From positions 75,330,001 through 75,394,000 of the forward strand of contig OX597817.1 in assembly GCA_951406725.2 (NCBI GenBank): a DNA stretch of 64,000 bases, given 5' to 3'. Position 1 is the stretch's first letter. Each line of letters begins with the position of its first letter. Origin of the DNA: Octopus vulgaris. Taxonomy: Eukaryota. The notes beneath the pieces are model-generated. The model saw only the letters and a program-made list of their open reading frames with translations. It did no database searches and had not been told where the DNA came from. The translations under genes were made by a program, and so were the position numbers. Shown here piece after piece: positions 26,956 through 39,571 of this stretch.

Positions 26956-27298
26956 GTGTTGTGTCTGGGGAGAGTCATTTTCTTTTTGTGCCTTATAATG
27001 TAACACACTCACCGGTGAAATTTCCACTTATTTCTTATTTTTATTTTCCTAAAATTTTTGTTGCATCTTGCAACCTTTTCAATAGTCTTGCAACCTTTTC
27101 AAGAGTCAAGACTATTGAAAAAGTTGCAAGATGCAATGAAAATTTTAGGAAATTAAAAATAAGAAATAAGTGGAAATTTCACTGGTGAGTGTGTTACATT
27201 ATAAGGCACAAATAGAAAATGACTCCCTAGACACAACAGAATATGTTTCAACACACAAACTCATATAAAGAATCTTGCAAACTAAATCCAAAAACGAA
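26956..27298. mobile_element. Fold-back element (~130-bp arms plus a one-sided tail) with a 13-bp TSD
   Basis: The inverted arms are 26957-27090 and 27107-27238. atataaaatatga is duplicated at 26943-26955 and 27299-27311. Confidence 0.8.
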
Positions 27299-27419
27299 AT
27301 ATAAAATATGAAAATATCTGAAATTACATACACATTTTCAGAACGTTAACAGACCATGAAGACAATTCTTAGCTCTTAGTGTTTAAATCCTCCAGTACTG
27401 TTAGCACAATGTAAACAGG

Positions 27420-28340
27420 CTTTCATCAAACATCCCAATTGTTCGTTTCCCTTTTTGCTCCACTCAGGCTGATTCCCATCACTATTTTGTTGTCCTGGAA
27501 TGTACTGCACCACTACTTACTTGGTCTTCCATTTGTTTTTTTTTTTCATCCTTCTGGTGTCTACTCCATCATGATGGATACATGTCTCTTCTGTGGTAAT
27601 CAAAACACATGGCCAGTAAATCATATCTGCTACTTAGTCACCATGTCTTGCAAACTTGCCTGCCAGCTCTTCTCATCGCCCCTACATTTTTGTCTCTGTC
27701 CTGGTAAGAGATGCCTAGGAGTGAACATAGGCAGCTTTGATGGGACACATCCAGCAAATGAGAGATTTTCAATCTTCTTCTAGGTTTTGAGCACTGGGAT
27801 CACAATCATGAGGTAGTGAGTTCGATTCCTGGACTGGGCTGTGTGTTGTGTTCTTGAGCAAGACACTTTATTTCACATTACTCTAGTTCACTCACCTATA
27901 GAAATGTGTTGCGGCATCACTGGTGCCAAGCTGCGTCAGCCTTTGCCTTTCCCTTGGATAACATTGATGGCATAGAGAGGGGCAGCTGGTATGCATGGGC
28001 AACTGCTGGCTTTCCATAAACAACTTTGCTTGGACTTGTGCCTTGGAGGGGAACTTTCTAGGTGCAATCCCATGGTCATTCATGATCAAAGGTGTCTTTA
28101 CCTTTTACAGCAATAGATGAGTATAGATGCAGCTTTATCTTCTTACTAATTGTCTTCGATATCCATATTGAATGAAGACATTGGAAAACTGAAGTTGCTT
28201 TACCTATCCTGGCCTTGACTTCAACCTCTGCATCATCCTTTGAAATACAACTTCCAAAATATGTAAACTTATTAACGTACTCAATTTTCTCTTGTCCAAG
28301 ATTGACAAGTTGTGGTTGGGCTCCACCAACTGACATAGTA
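27420..28340 (-). pseudogene. Decayed RTE-type LINE fragment interrupted by a SINE (~27790-28105, +)
   Basis: Encodes IEYVNKFTYFGSCIS..EVKARIGKATSVFQCLHSIW..KIKLHLYSS, the RT thumb region of RTE/CR1-like ORF2. Confidence 0.7.
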
Positions 28341-29603
28341 AAGGAATCCAAATACCGGCCTAATAATGATAAAATTATTTTTGTAAATTCTTCGTTATTT
28401 TCACAATTAATTGAAACAGAAGCAGAGAATACAATCCTGTATTTCTGAGAAATTTTTATATTATGTATTAGATGGAGTAGTGTCCTCATCTTGGTAGCTG
28501 CTTTTCTGGAGCTGACATAAGATGTCAACAGAGGTTTATAAGCCTCAAAAATTCACTGTAACATTGCCTAAGGGCATAGCATAGTGGCTAAAGCTGCTAG
28601 TTAATGTAGTGCGGTTACTTAGAGGTTCTGATTTCAATCTCATGTAAGGCACTAAGGTGAATCACAAGACACCCGAAGAAGGCTGGAGCATACACAGTTG
28701 AAACAACCAAGATGAAGACACCACTTCATAATATAAAAGAGAATTTCATGCACTCTAACTTTTGTCCAACACATGCTAGCATGGAGAACGGACGTTTAAA
28801 CGATGATGATGAAATGGTAAAAAAAGAGGTTAAATATGTTTCTTCTTTCTTCTCCATGGATTTACAGTCCTTTTCTTTTGTTATTTATGTTTTCATCAGG
28901 AACTGAAAATTTATGTAAGTTTGCTACAATAAATTGGATTAATACCCAAAGCTTTATAAAACAAGCCAGATAGAAACCATCCTTTTCTTGGTTATTGTTT
29001 ACTGCTAGAAATTACAGGTTCAACGAATAAATGAAATGGAATTGTTCCATTTGATATTAAAGATGCTTCATAGACAGGGAGAATTAAGAGAAACAGATAT
29101 TTTAAAGTTCTGGTGCTATGAGGAGTGAAGAATGTAACATTACAGTTTCTTGACCTTGTCTGAGAGCAAGGAACAATGAGCTAGAGAGAAAATGAGGGAT
29201 ATATATATATATATATATATATATCAAAACCACACACACACATATGCACATACATGTGCTATTATTACACATACACACACAGAGACTTGCACACACACAC
29301 ATACCCACACATACCTCCTTGTCTTGCACTCTCCTGTCTTAGAAAGGATTTTTTCTTCATCCATTCCCTTCCGGTCATTTCTAAATGTAACCACGTGTGT
29401 ATTGTTGGCAATTTTCTTCCTCCATCTTCCCTTCTTTTGGACTTTCTTCTATTGCTTAAAACGTAAAATCCTCTTTCTTTCCTTTCCTGAGCGTCTGATA
29501 AAACAGTACTTGTACCATATCCTTGCATTGTTGTTTTATCTTGTTTGTTCTTCTATGTTTGTTTATCTTGTTTGTTCTTCTACACACATATATATATGTA
29601 TAT

Positions 29604-30125
29604 TATCATCATCATCATCATTTAACGTCCGCTTTCCATGGACGAATGACTGAGGGCTGGCGAACCAGATGGCGCACCAGGCTTCAATCTTGATCTGGCA
29701 GAGTTTCTACAGCTGGATGCCCTTCCTGATGCCAACAACTCTGAGAGTGTAGTGGGTGCTTTTACATGCCACCGGCGGTACTGGCAACGACCTCGCTCGA
29801 ATCTTTTACACATGCCACTGGCACAGGTGCCAGTAAGGCGATGCTGGTAACGATCATGCTTGAATGGTGTCTTTTATGTGCCACTGGCACAGAGGCCAGA
29901 GAGCCACTCTGGCAACGATCACGCTTGGATGGTGCTCTTAATACCCTACTAGCATGGGGCTCGAGTGCCAGTAAGGTGACGGTGGTAACAATCACGCTCA
30001 AATGGTGCCTTTTAAGTGCTACTGGCACTGAAGTCGGTTAGCCGCTCTGTCAATGATCACACTCGTTTGGTGCTCTTTGCCCCCTGCTAGTACAGACGCC
30101 AGTCATCGAATTTGATTTTGATTTG
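29604..30125 (-). mobile_element. RTE LINE 3' UTR copy
   Basis: (cat)n tail, ggatgcccttcc motif and ~60-bp tandem units. Confidence 0.8.
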
Positions 30126-30130
30126 ATTTA

Positions 30131-32490
30131 TCATCATCATCATCGTTTAACGTCCGCTTTCTATGCTAGCATGGGTTGGACGGTTCAACTGGGGTCTGGG
30201 AAGCCCGAAGGCTGCACCAGGTCAGTCAGATCTGGCAGTGTTTCTACAGCTGGATGCCCTTCCTAACGCCAACCAGTCCGTGAGTGTAGTGGGTGCTTTT
30301 TATGTGCCACCGACACAGGTGCCAGACGAGGCTGGTGAACGGCCACGCTCGGATGGTGCTTTTTACGTGCCATCGGCACGGAGGCCAGGCGAGGCTGGCA
30401 ACGGCCACGATCGGATGGTGTTTGTTACGTGCCACCGACACGGAGGCCAGTCAATGCAGCGCTGGCTACGACCACGTTCGGATGGTTCTCTTACATGCCA
30501 CCGGCACTGGTATCACAACTACAAATTCCATTGATGTTGATCGATTTCGATTTTGATTTTCACTTGCCTCAACAGGTCTTCACAAGTAGAGTTATGTGTC
30601 CCAAGAGGGAAGGTATGTACAGGTGGACTGACTACGTCCCAAGTAGAGGCTACGGGTTATGGCCTCACTTGTCCTGCACAGCATACTTCCAAAGGTCTCG
30701 GTCTCTGGTCATTTCCTCGGTGAGACCTAAAGAGTGAAGGTTGTGCTTCACCACCTCATCCCAGGTTTTCCTGGGTCTACCTCTTCCACAGGTTCCCTCA
30801 ACCGCTAGGGTGTGGCACTTTTTCACACAACTATCTTCATCCATTCTTACCACGTGTCCATACCAGTGTAGACGTCTCTCTTGCACACCACATCTGATGC
30901 TTCTTAGGTCCAACTTTTCTCTCAAGGCACTTACACTCTGTCGGGTATGAACACTGACATTACACATCCATCGGAGCATACTGGCTTCATTTCTTGCAAG
31001 CTTACGCATATCCTTAGCAGTCACGGCCCATGTTTCACTGCCATGTAGCATGGCTGTTCGTACACATGCGTCATGCAGTCTGCCTTTTACTCTGAGTGAG
31101 AGGCCTTTTGTCACCAGCAGAGGTAAGAGCTCTCTGAACTTTGCCCAGGCTATTCTTACTCTAGCAGTTACACTTTCAGCACACCCGCCCCCGCTGCTGA
31201 CTTGATCACCTAGGTAACGGAAACTATCAACTATTTCTAGTTTTTCTCGCTGGAATGTGGCAGAAGATGGTCTCTGCGCATTTTCAGTGTTTATTGCACC
31301 AGAGCATCTGCCACATACAAAAACTATCTTCCTAGTTAGCCTTCCTTTGACATTGCTGCACCTCTTATGTGTCCATAGCTTACACTTCGTGCATCTTATA
31401 GAGTTCCTACCTACGCCTTTGCTACAGATCGAGCGGGGCCATCTACCTGAAGGCGTTTGTGATTTGTCTACCTTCCTACTTATTAGGACTTTGGTTTTAG
31501 CTAGGTTGATTCTAAGGCCCTTCGATTCTAATCCTTGCTTCCACGTCTGAAACTGCTCCTCCAGTTCTGATAGTGACTCAGCAATTAGAGCAAGGTCATC
31601 AGCATAGAGAAGCTCCCAGGGGCATCCTGTCTTGAATTCCTCCGTTATTGCATGGAGGACTATGATAAATAGGAGGGGGCTGAGGACTGAGCCTTGGTGG
31701 ACCCCAACCTCTACCAGGAATTCTTCACTGTACTCGTTGCCAACCTTCACCTTACTAACAGCGTCCCTGTACATGGCTTGCACAGCTCTCACTAACCATT
31801 GATGTATCCCTAGTTTCCTCATTGACCACCAGATAAGGGATCGGGGGACCCTGTCAAAGGCTTTCTCCAAGTCAACGAAAGCTAGGTACAGAGGTTTATT
31901 TTTGGCTAGGTATTTCTCCTGCAGCTGTCTCACCAGAAATATGGCATCAGTGGTGCTTTTCCCTGGCACAAAACCAAACTGCATCTCGTCCAAGTTGACT
32001 CTCTCCCTATTCAGTTGGGCTATGACCCTTTCCGTAACCTTCATTACCTGATCCAACAGCTTGATACCTCTGTAATTACTTGTATCTAGGGCATCACCTT
32101 TACCTTTGTAGCAGTTGACTATTATGGTACTACACCAGTCATTGGGTATGACTCCTTTGTGTATCACCTGGTTAACTATATGGGTGACTAGGCTATAGCC
32201 GACACTGCCAGATATTTTGAGCATCTCTGCAGTAATTCCTGATGGGCCTGGGGCTTTCCCTGTCTTCATGCTTCTAATTGCCTTAACTACCAAGGAACTG
32301 TCAACTCGGATAGCTGGTCCCTCTGTTGGGTTGACATTCGGCAGACTCTCTTTATCCCATTCATTTTCTTTGTTGAGCAACCTTTCATAGTGGCATCTCC
32401 AAACCTCTCTCTTTGCATCCTCATTTAGCACAAGTGAACCATCATCCATGCGAACACATTTCTCTCCTACCACATCACGATTCTCTCTCA
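30131..32490 (-). mobile_element. Young 5'-truncated RTE-clade LINE
   Basis: Uninterrupted RT ORF, 3' UTR with tandem units and a (gat)n tail at ~30131-30143. The 5' end is truncated at a (TA)n tract. Confidence 0.93.
30665..32490 (-). CDS. RTE ORF2 fragment: reverse transcriptase, PHD-like finger and C-terminus (endonuclease missing)
   Basis: KAPGPSG, NYRGIKLL, QFGF, FVDLEKAFD, GVHQGSVLSP, LLYADD and RGRGRPRKTW are all present. The annotated N-terminus (32491-32632) is microsatellite read-through. Confidence 0.9.
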
Positions 32491-32494
32491 TATA

Positions 32495-32566
<72 letters not shown>

Positions 32567-33276
32567 TAAAATTGGAAATTGGTAAGTTTCAAACAGTCTG
32601 TAGAAGCTATAAAAAACAACTTTCAGGAACAATAGTAGTTTATTGACATAAAAGGTTGTAAATTTTTCCCATATTGAAGTCTGATAAGTTGAAAAAAGTT
32701 CACAGTTAGTAACTGGGGTTGCTGTGTATGTGAATAAAAATCCAAATTTAGGAAATAGAGAAAGTAAAATTCAGGCTACATATGCTTCATAGCTAGCAGA
32801 ACCTTGGAAGTAGTAATTATTCAATGATGGGTACTCCGCTAGCTACTCATCAGATACCTTAGTCAAATGAAGGTTACATTATTGTCAAGGGATCCCATGT
32901 TAACTTGCAAGGGGTTCGACTGAAAATGCATAGAAAACACAGAATGAGAGAACAAAAGGGAAACATATGTGTGAAGAAATAATATATGAGTGGGTAAATG
33001 TCTAAAGTTGTTAAGAAAAAGAATAAGAATATATTGTTGGTATTATGTTCAAAAGTCGTATGTTCAAATTTGGCCAAATGCATTTATTTCGATATTTATT
33101 TTTGCTTGTAGTAGCTAGTTCTTTTGGTCAAACTGTTGTATCTCCAGCTGCTTCAGATGCCAAGGTATCAAAAATTGTCAGTGTAGTACAGCAGTTTTTC
33201 TATGGAATGATGAAACTATTTTTTCGTTTTCTGAAAAAGCAACGTTTTGGACTTACAACATTTTTGCATAATTGTG

Positions 33277-33386
<110 letters not shown>

Positions 33387-33874
33387 CGTTGCTATTATGC
33401 AAAAGTGTCAAAAGTTAAAAACGTGATATCTATTTCTTTTGATTAAGTACACATCAGATTTTCCATCAGAAAGGGAAAATATGGATGTTGTGACATTCAA
33501 GACTTACTCAAGAGTAAATGTAATTGAAATAAAAGTGAAGAAGTTTCAGCTACAAACCAAAAGCCCATTACGAAACAATAATTTGAATTGACCTCCATTT
33601 CCTACCCATTACTTTGGTTGGTATTTTATCCACACCTAAAATGATGAAAAGAAACTTGACTTCAGAAATGTCAAATCATACAGCTAACAACTCCAAAGCA
33701 TAGTGTTTACACTTTTTTGATTCTACTAATCTTTCACCATCATTTAGCATCCACTTTTCCATGCTCACATGGGTCAAATGGAAACTGTTAAGGCAGAAGA
33801 TAATCTATGGCTGGATATTCTATTCTTGTTTCTAACCCTCACTTGCTTCCAAGTAAGGTAATATTTCCACATAT

Positions 33875-34220
33875 ATCATCATCATTGTTTAATGCCCACT
33901 TCCCATGCTGGCATGGGTTGGACAGTTTGGCATAGAGCTGGCTAGCAGGGAGTAGTCCTCTGTCCAACTGTCTGTTGTGGCATGGTTTCTATGGTTGGAT
34001 GCCCTTCCTAATGCCAACCACTTAACAGAATGCACTGGGTGCTTTTTATGTGTTACCAGCATGAGTGAATTTATGTAGCACTGGCATTGGGTGTGTTAAT
34101 GCAGCACTGGTCTTGATGCTTTTTAAGTGGCACTTGCACCTGAAAGGACAAGTCTGTACATGTGGAAAACAGTGATTTTACTTAGCTTGACATGTCTCAT
34201 CTAGTACAAGAAATCATCAC
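33875..34220 (-). mobile_element. Decayed RTE 3'-UTR-derived repeat
   Basis: catgctggcatgggttggac...ggatgcccttcctaatgccaacca. Confidence 0.7.
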
Positions 34221-34231
34221 ATATATATATT

Positions 34232-34263
<32 letters not shown>

Positions 34264-34922
34264 TATCATCATTTGATATCTGTTGTTCATGCTGGCGACT
34301 CCCAGACGAATCTCATCTTATCAAATATTTCCACCAGTCTACTCAGCTGGCAAAAACGAGTAATCCTGTGACAGACTGGCATCTTGTCCAAGTGTGATAT
34401 ATATACACCATGAAACTTGTGAGTTGGCATAACTCGAGAAGGTAGAAAAAAAATGTGTGTGTGTGTTTGTGTGTATGCATGTATATTGTTCATTCTTTAA
34501 AAGTTAAGTATGTCATTATTTTATTTATCTTTTTTGTAATGCTCAGAAATTAAATAACAGAAAAGAAAAAGAAAAAAGGTTACCCATAGCTAAAATTGTA
34601 AATAGATGAAACTCAATCAAGAACTGACTGTTTTGGACCCACTGGTGAATGAGTTGAGTTGTTTTAAGGTAACAAACATATAATATTCAGTTTTAGTATC
34701 TATAATCAACCATAATGAACTAGAAAGTTTTCTCATGTAAACTGGTCTTATAATCTCTTTTGGTGGGAAGAAACAGAACTGAACGTTGAACTTCCTCATT
34801 CACCCAATATCAACAAAAGGAAGTGGATCAGTATAGATTTAGAAGTTTAGTAATCAATGGTGGTGTCCCAGCATGGCTACACCTTATGGGTTAAAAAAAC
34901 TAAAGATAAAAGATATATATAT

Positions 34923-35325
34923 ACAGGGGTTAGACAAAATAATGGAAACACCTTAAAATTTCAAACAAATTTATTTTAATATGGGGAAGCACCTTTGGCA
35001 GTAATTACAGTTTGAATTTTATGAGGTATAGACTTGTACAAACTTTGAATTGTTTCCAAAGGAATTTTGTCCATTCTTCAGTTAAAATATTCTCCAGTTC
35101 TTGTAGTGATGATGATGAAGGATATCAACTCCTTACTTGTTTTTCTAAAATGCATCATAAATGTTCAATAATATTGAGATCTGGGGACTGTGGTGGCCAG
35201 ATAAGATGTTCAACTTCACTAGAATGCCCCTCGTGCCATTTAGTAACAACTTTAGCCATGTGAATTGGTGCATTATCATCCTGAAAGATTGTAGTTCCCT
35301 CCGGAAACAGCTCCACAACTATAGG
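34923..35325 (-). mobile_element. Tc1-family transposon 3' fragment
   Basis: TA|CAGGGGTTAGACAAAATAATGGAAACACC is a TIR-like end. The minus strand encodes FQDDNAPIH...WPPQSPDLNIIEHL* (DD34E region, with a stop). Confidence 0.8.
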
Positions 35326-35373
35326 AATATATATATATATATATTCATCATCTCATCATCTCATTTGCGTCGT

Positions 35374-35432
<59 letters not shown>

Positions 35433-35745
35433 TATATGACAAGTTATAAATAATGGTCATTACATAATTTTCCTTTATTAGAGCAAATTTGGCTTACAGT
35501 CTGTGTAAAAAACAGTTTGTCTGGAGCCTAACCATGGATTTACAATATAGTATTGTGATTAACCATAACCTTGGCCCCTTCTATAAGAATACTTGGAGTT
35601 CTCCAACAATATTCTTAGCTGCTGTACCAGCAGAGAGCTTATAAAGTATTTTGCCTGGATTGATATTCCCTCACTATTAGCCACATGCACACGCACGCAC
35701 GCATGCACCCCCCCACCCGCACACACACAAACGCACACAGACACA

Positions 35746-35845
<100 letters not shown>

Positions 35846-36022
35846 TATATTCACAAATCAATGCAGATAAAAAAAGCTAGCTCATAAGATCATCAGAACA
35901 TCATGATTGCATTATACTCCTCTATTTGGACTACTATGTTGTCTGTTATCTGAATCCACTAGAGGAGTTTTCAGTGATTCAATGAATTCATATATTACGC
36001 TACAAATATACATACATACATA

Positions 36023-36270
36023 CATCATCATCGTTTAACGTCCGTTCTCCATGCTAGCATGGGTTGGACGGTTCGACCGGGGTTCTGGGAAGCCAGAAGG
36101 CTGCACCAGGCTCCAGTCTAATCTGGCAATGTTTCTACAGCTGGATGCCCTTCCTAACGCCAACCACTCCGTGAGTGTAGTGGGTGCTTTTTACGTGCCA
36201 CCTGCACAGGTGCCAGGCGAGGCTGGCAACGGCCACGGTCAGATTGGTGTATTTTATGTGCCACCGGCAC
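36023..36270 (-). mobile_element. RTE 3'-UTR-derived repeat, CpG-intact
   Basis: Near-identical to 30140-30350. Confidence 0.85.
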
Positions 36271-36278
36271 ATATATAC

Positions 36279-36325
<47 letters not shown>

Positions 36326-36385
36326 TACATACATATACATACATATATATATATATATAAATATATATACATATAGGTATGTATG

Positions 36386-36457
<72 letters not shown>

Positions 36458-36706
36458 ATGTTACATTACTCGGTAGTCAAGATAAAACTCTGAGTTTCAG
36501 ATGCCGAAGTGGAAATCCACAACACCATCTCTTCGGTTATCTGGCTATTTGAAAACGTTATGAAAAAATACCGTTAAAAATGAAGGGAAATTACTCTGTT
36601 ATAACTCTGCTTTGCATGCGTACTTATACATCGCTCGCATGTAAGGGGGCGTAAACCAGATGACCTTCCTATTTCTATTATTCTTACGCCCCCTTACTCA
36701 CCCGAG

Positions 36707-37339
36707 GTGGCCTTCAATATAGGTAAATATTTCCTAGCACTGATAGATAGACATTTTCCAGTTAACCATGCTTATAGGAAACTCTTCAATAGACACAATT
36801 TAAAAATTAGTTTTAGTTCAACTACCAATTTTAAAAACATAATCAATCATAACATACAAAAAACACAAGAAGAAAACAGCTGTTCATGCAGGAATAAAGA
36901 ATTGTGCCCGCTAAATGGAGCTTGCATGTCCAAGACCATCATATATGAAGCTACCGTAAACTCTATAACCACTAAAGACACCGTTTCGACGAAGAAATAC
37001 GTGGGCCTGACAGAGGGTAATTTCAAGGCCAGGTTCAATAACCACACTTTGAGCTTTAGGCACTGGAACAAAAGAAAAGCGACACAATTATCCAATCATA
37101 TTTGGTCTTTAAGAGATAAAGGTGTCGATTATAACATACAATGGAAGATTTTGGCCAGATGTAAGCCCTATACTAACGGCAGCGGAAGGTGCGGTTTATG
37201 CGACATGGAGAGATGGCTTATCTGGAAAAGCAGCTTAGACCCTACCACATGTCTAAATACAAGGACAGAGCTTTTCGGATCATGCCCACATGTGACTAAA
37301 TTTCTGTTACGTTTTTGGTCCCCTAAAGAAAACGGATAG
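36707..37339 (+). CDS. Penelope-type linker plus GIY-YIG endonuclease (RT missing)
   Basis: NIGKYFL..IDRHFP..KLFNRHN, CSCRNKELCPLNGAC, IIY...KYVGLT..FKARFNNH, CGLC..E and LNTRTE..CPH. Confidence 0.88.
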   Translation: MAFNIGKYFLALIDRHFPVNHAYRKLFNRHNLKISFSSTTNFKNIINHNIQKTQEENSCSCRNKELCPLNGACMSKTIIYEATVNSITTKDTVSTKKYVGLTEGNFKARFNNHTLSFRHWNKRKATQLSNHIWSLRDKGVDYNIQWKILARCKPYTNGSGRCGLCDMERWLIWKSSLDPTTCLNTRTELFGSCPHVTKFLLRFWSPKENG

Positions 37340-37533
37340 AACATGCTTTCTGTGTTATGTCCCAAGAAGATTTTATATATTTTTATATATTTTTATATAT
37401 TTTTATGTATTTTTATATAATTTTTATGACGAAAAATGCGAGCGATGTATAAGTACGCATGCAAAGCAGAGTTATAACAGAGTAATTTCCCTTCATTTTT
37501 AACGGTATTTTTTCATAACGTTTTCAAATAGCC

Positions 37534-37596
37534 AGATAACCGAAGAGATGGTGTTGTGGATTTCCACTTCGGCATCTGAAACTCAGAGTTTTATCT
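37534..37596 (+). ncRNA. Variant type I hammerhead motif in the Penelope pseudo-LTR (mirror copy at ~36480-36542, minus)
   Basis: Stem I AGAUAA/UUAUCU; core CCGAAGA (U4C); stem II GAUG..CAUC followed by an extra U; GAA; short stem III ACUC-A-GAGU; H17=U. Confidence 0.55.
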
Positions 37597-37692
37597 TGAC
37601 TACCGAGTAATGTAACATATTGTATAGATAAATTTCCTCTATTTACATAATATTGAGGTCTCTTTCTTTCTTGTGTTATCTTACCGTTTTAT

Positions 37693-37789
<97 letters not shown>

Positions 37790-38163
37790 CATATATATAT
37801 ATGTATATGTATAAATTCTATAATTATGAGCATAATAACGAATCCACCCGGGTCTGATTAAGTGCATACATAAAGTAAAACCAGAGCCAGGTGGATTCAT
37901 TATTTTTCTCTTTACCTGCGTGCGTTGTTGAGTATTGCTGTCTGGGAGATATCTTATGGTAGTAGAATAGTATTTTAACTGCTATTTCTAAATTTCGGTA
38001 TGTGGTGAAGCAAATTTTGCTAAACCCCAATTATAATTATGCTCATAATTATAGAATTTTTGTATAAGTTTACTGATAATGGTTCTTTTAACATATTGAA
38101 CTACTTGGTAAAATTATTAATTATTAATTGATTAATTAATTTTACCCTTTATTATTATTATTG

Positions 38164-38234
<71 letters not shown>

Positions 38235-38249
38235 GTTATCATTATAATA

Positions 38250-38626
38250 ACTTTTATCTTTTTACTTGTTTCAGTCATTAGACTGTGGCTATGTTGGGGC
38301 ACTGCCTTGAAGAATTTTAGTCGAACGAATTAACGCCAGTACTTAATTTTTCTTAAAAAGTCTGGTACTTATTCTATCACTTTTCCGAACTGCTAAGTTA
38401 AGGGGGACGTAAATACAGCAACATCGGTTGTCAAACGGTGGTGCAGAGAAACACAGACACAAAGACACACGCACAAAGACACATATACAAACGTCGAACT
38501 TCTTTCAGTTTCTGTCTACCAAATCCACCGACAAAGCTTTGGTCGATTCGAGGCTATTGTAGAAAACGCTTGCCCAAGATGCCACGCAGTGGGACTGAAC
38601 TCGAAACTACGAGGTTGGGAAGCGAA
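38250..38626 (-). mobile_element. tRNA-derived SINE
   Basis: Reverse complement of the 47328-47829 family. Confidence 0.8.
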
Positions 38627-39363
38627 CGTCATGTATTTTCATGTATTCAACTGCAAGTTGACGAAGCTATAACAATCTTTTCTGCTATTTTGAGAGAATG
38701 GACGGGTCTAACACATCGACCCCAGTGCGCAACTGGTACTAACTTAATCTAGCCGAAAAAGACGAAAGGGCAAAGCCAATCTCAAGGGACTTTGTCATGA
38801 ACGTAGACATACGTAGTGCCACCAAAGGGAAATAACTTATTTATTGAACAAGGAAAGCAACTCTTCTCCAAGGGAAGCAACTCTAAAAACTACGTTTAAT
38901 TAATTTGGTCAAGGGGAATAACTCAATTATGTCTTTATATTAATCTATTTTGGGAATTTTCTATTCCATGAGCTGTTAAAAGACGCAAACAAAACAATCG
39001 TTATTAATATTTCCTGTCCAATAATGCCGTTGAATATAGCGCTGATGATTTTTATGTAAGACACACGAGAAGAGGAGAGGTTGGCGTTTGTAGTCGGTAG
39101 CATGATCGTGAAAGCGCGTACATGTGAAATCGCAGACTGTTCATGCATAACAATATCTACTCTATGAGATACATTGTACTGGGAGAAAATAGGTAACAAA
39201 CATAGCTTTGATAGGACAATGATCAATTCAGATCAATCGGAAATCCTTGATAGGGTTAATGATGTAACGATGGTCGACTCTTTCAAGGGGTTCCTCTTAA
39301 AGTAGATGCTTTATGTCCCGTTTCTAGAGGCTAGATCGCTTCAATGGACTGCAGTAATTAAAA

Positions 39364-39521
39364 TAAACTGGAGGACAGCCGTGACACTGGGCATGTGACT
39401 TGAACCGCTTCAAGTTGCGTGCTCCGTCTGTCACGGTTGTTCTAAACTGGAGGACAGCTGTGGCACTGGGCATGTGACTCGAACCGCTTCATGTTGCATG
39501 CTCCGTCTGTCACGGTTGTCC
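39364..39521 (+). repeat. Two 79-bp tandem units, each a long hairpin
   Basis: taaactggaggacagc..tgtcacggttgt occurs twice; each unit is self-complementary around a CCGC loop. Confidence 0.85.
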
Positions 39522-39571
39522 TTCCTTGATCCTTCTGTATTTAAATAATTTTGAGTCACTACTGTGAGACT

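Larger units (their letters stand above)
36450..37694 (+). mobile_element. 5'-truncated Penelope-like element with an inverted pseudo-LTR, inserted in (TA)n
   Basis: Essentially perfect ~190-bp inverted repeats (36450-36640 and 37436-37626) surround a GIY-YIG ORF. There is a one-sided 3' tail (37627-37694) and (TA)n on both sides. Confidence 0.9.

Noticed and set aside
32491-32632. N-terminal extension of the 655-aa ORF
   Set aside because: It is read-through across (TA)n into flanking DNA and is not part of the LINE.
32858-32919. Minus-strand segment with a strong acceptor and a gt donor
   Set aside because: All three frames contain stops. It could be a non-coding or terminal exon but is unsupported without RNA data.
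35559-35680. ISIQAKYFISSLL resembling kinase subdomain XI
   Set aside because: There are no splice sites or other kinase motifs, so it is probably chance.
38820-39230. gggaaataact repeats and a minus-strand MYALSR resembling a Helitron helicase motif
   Set aside because: Too degenerate to call by eye.
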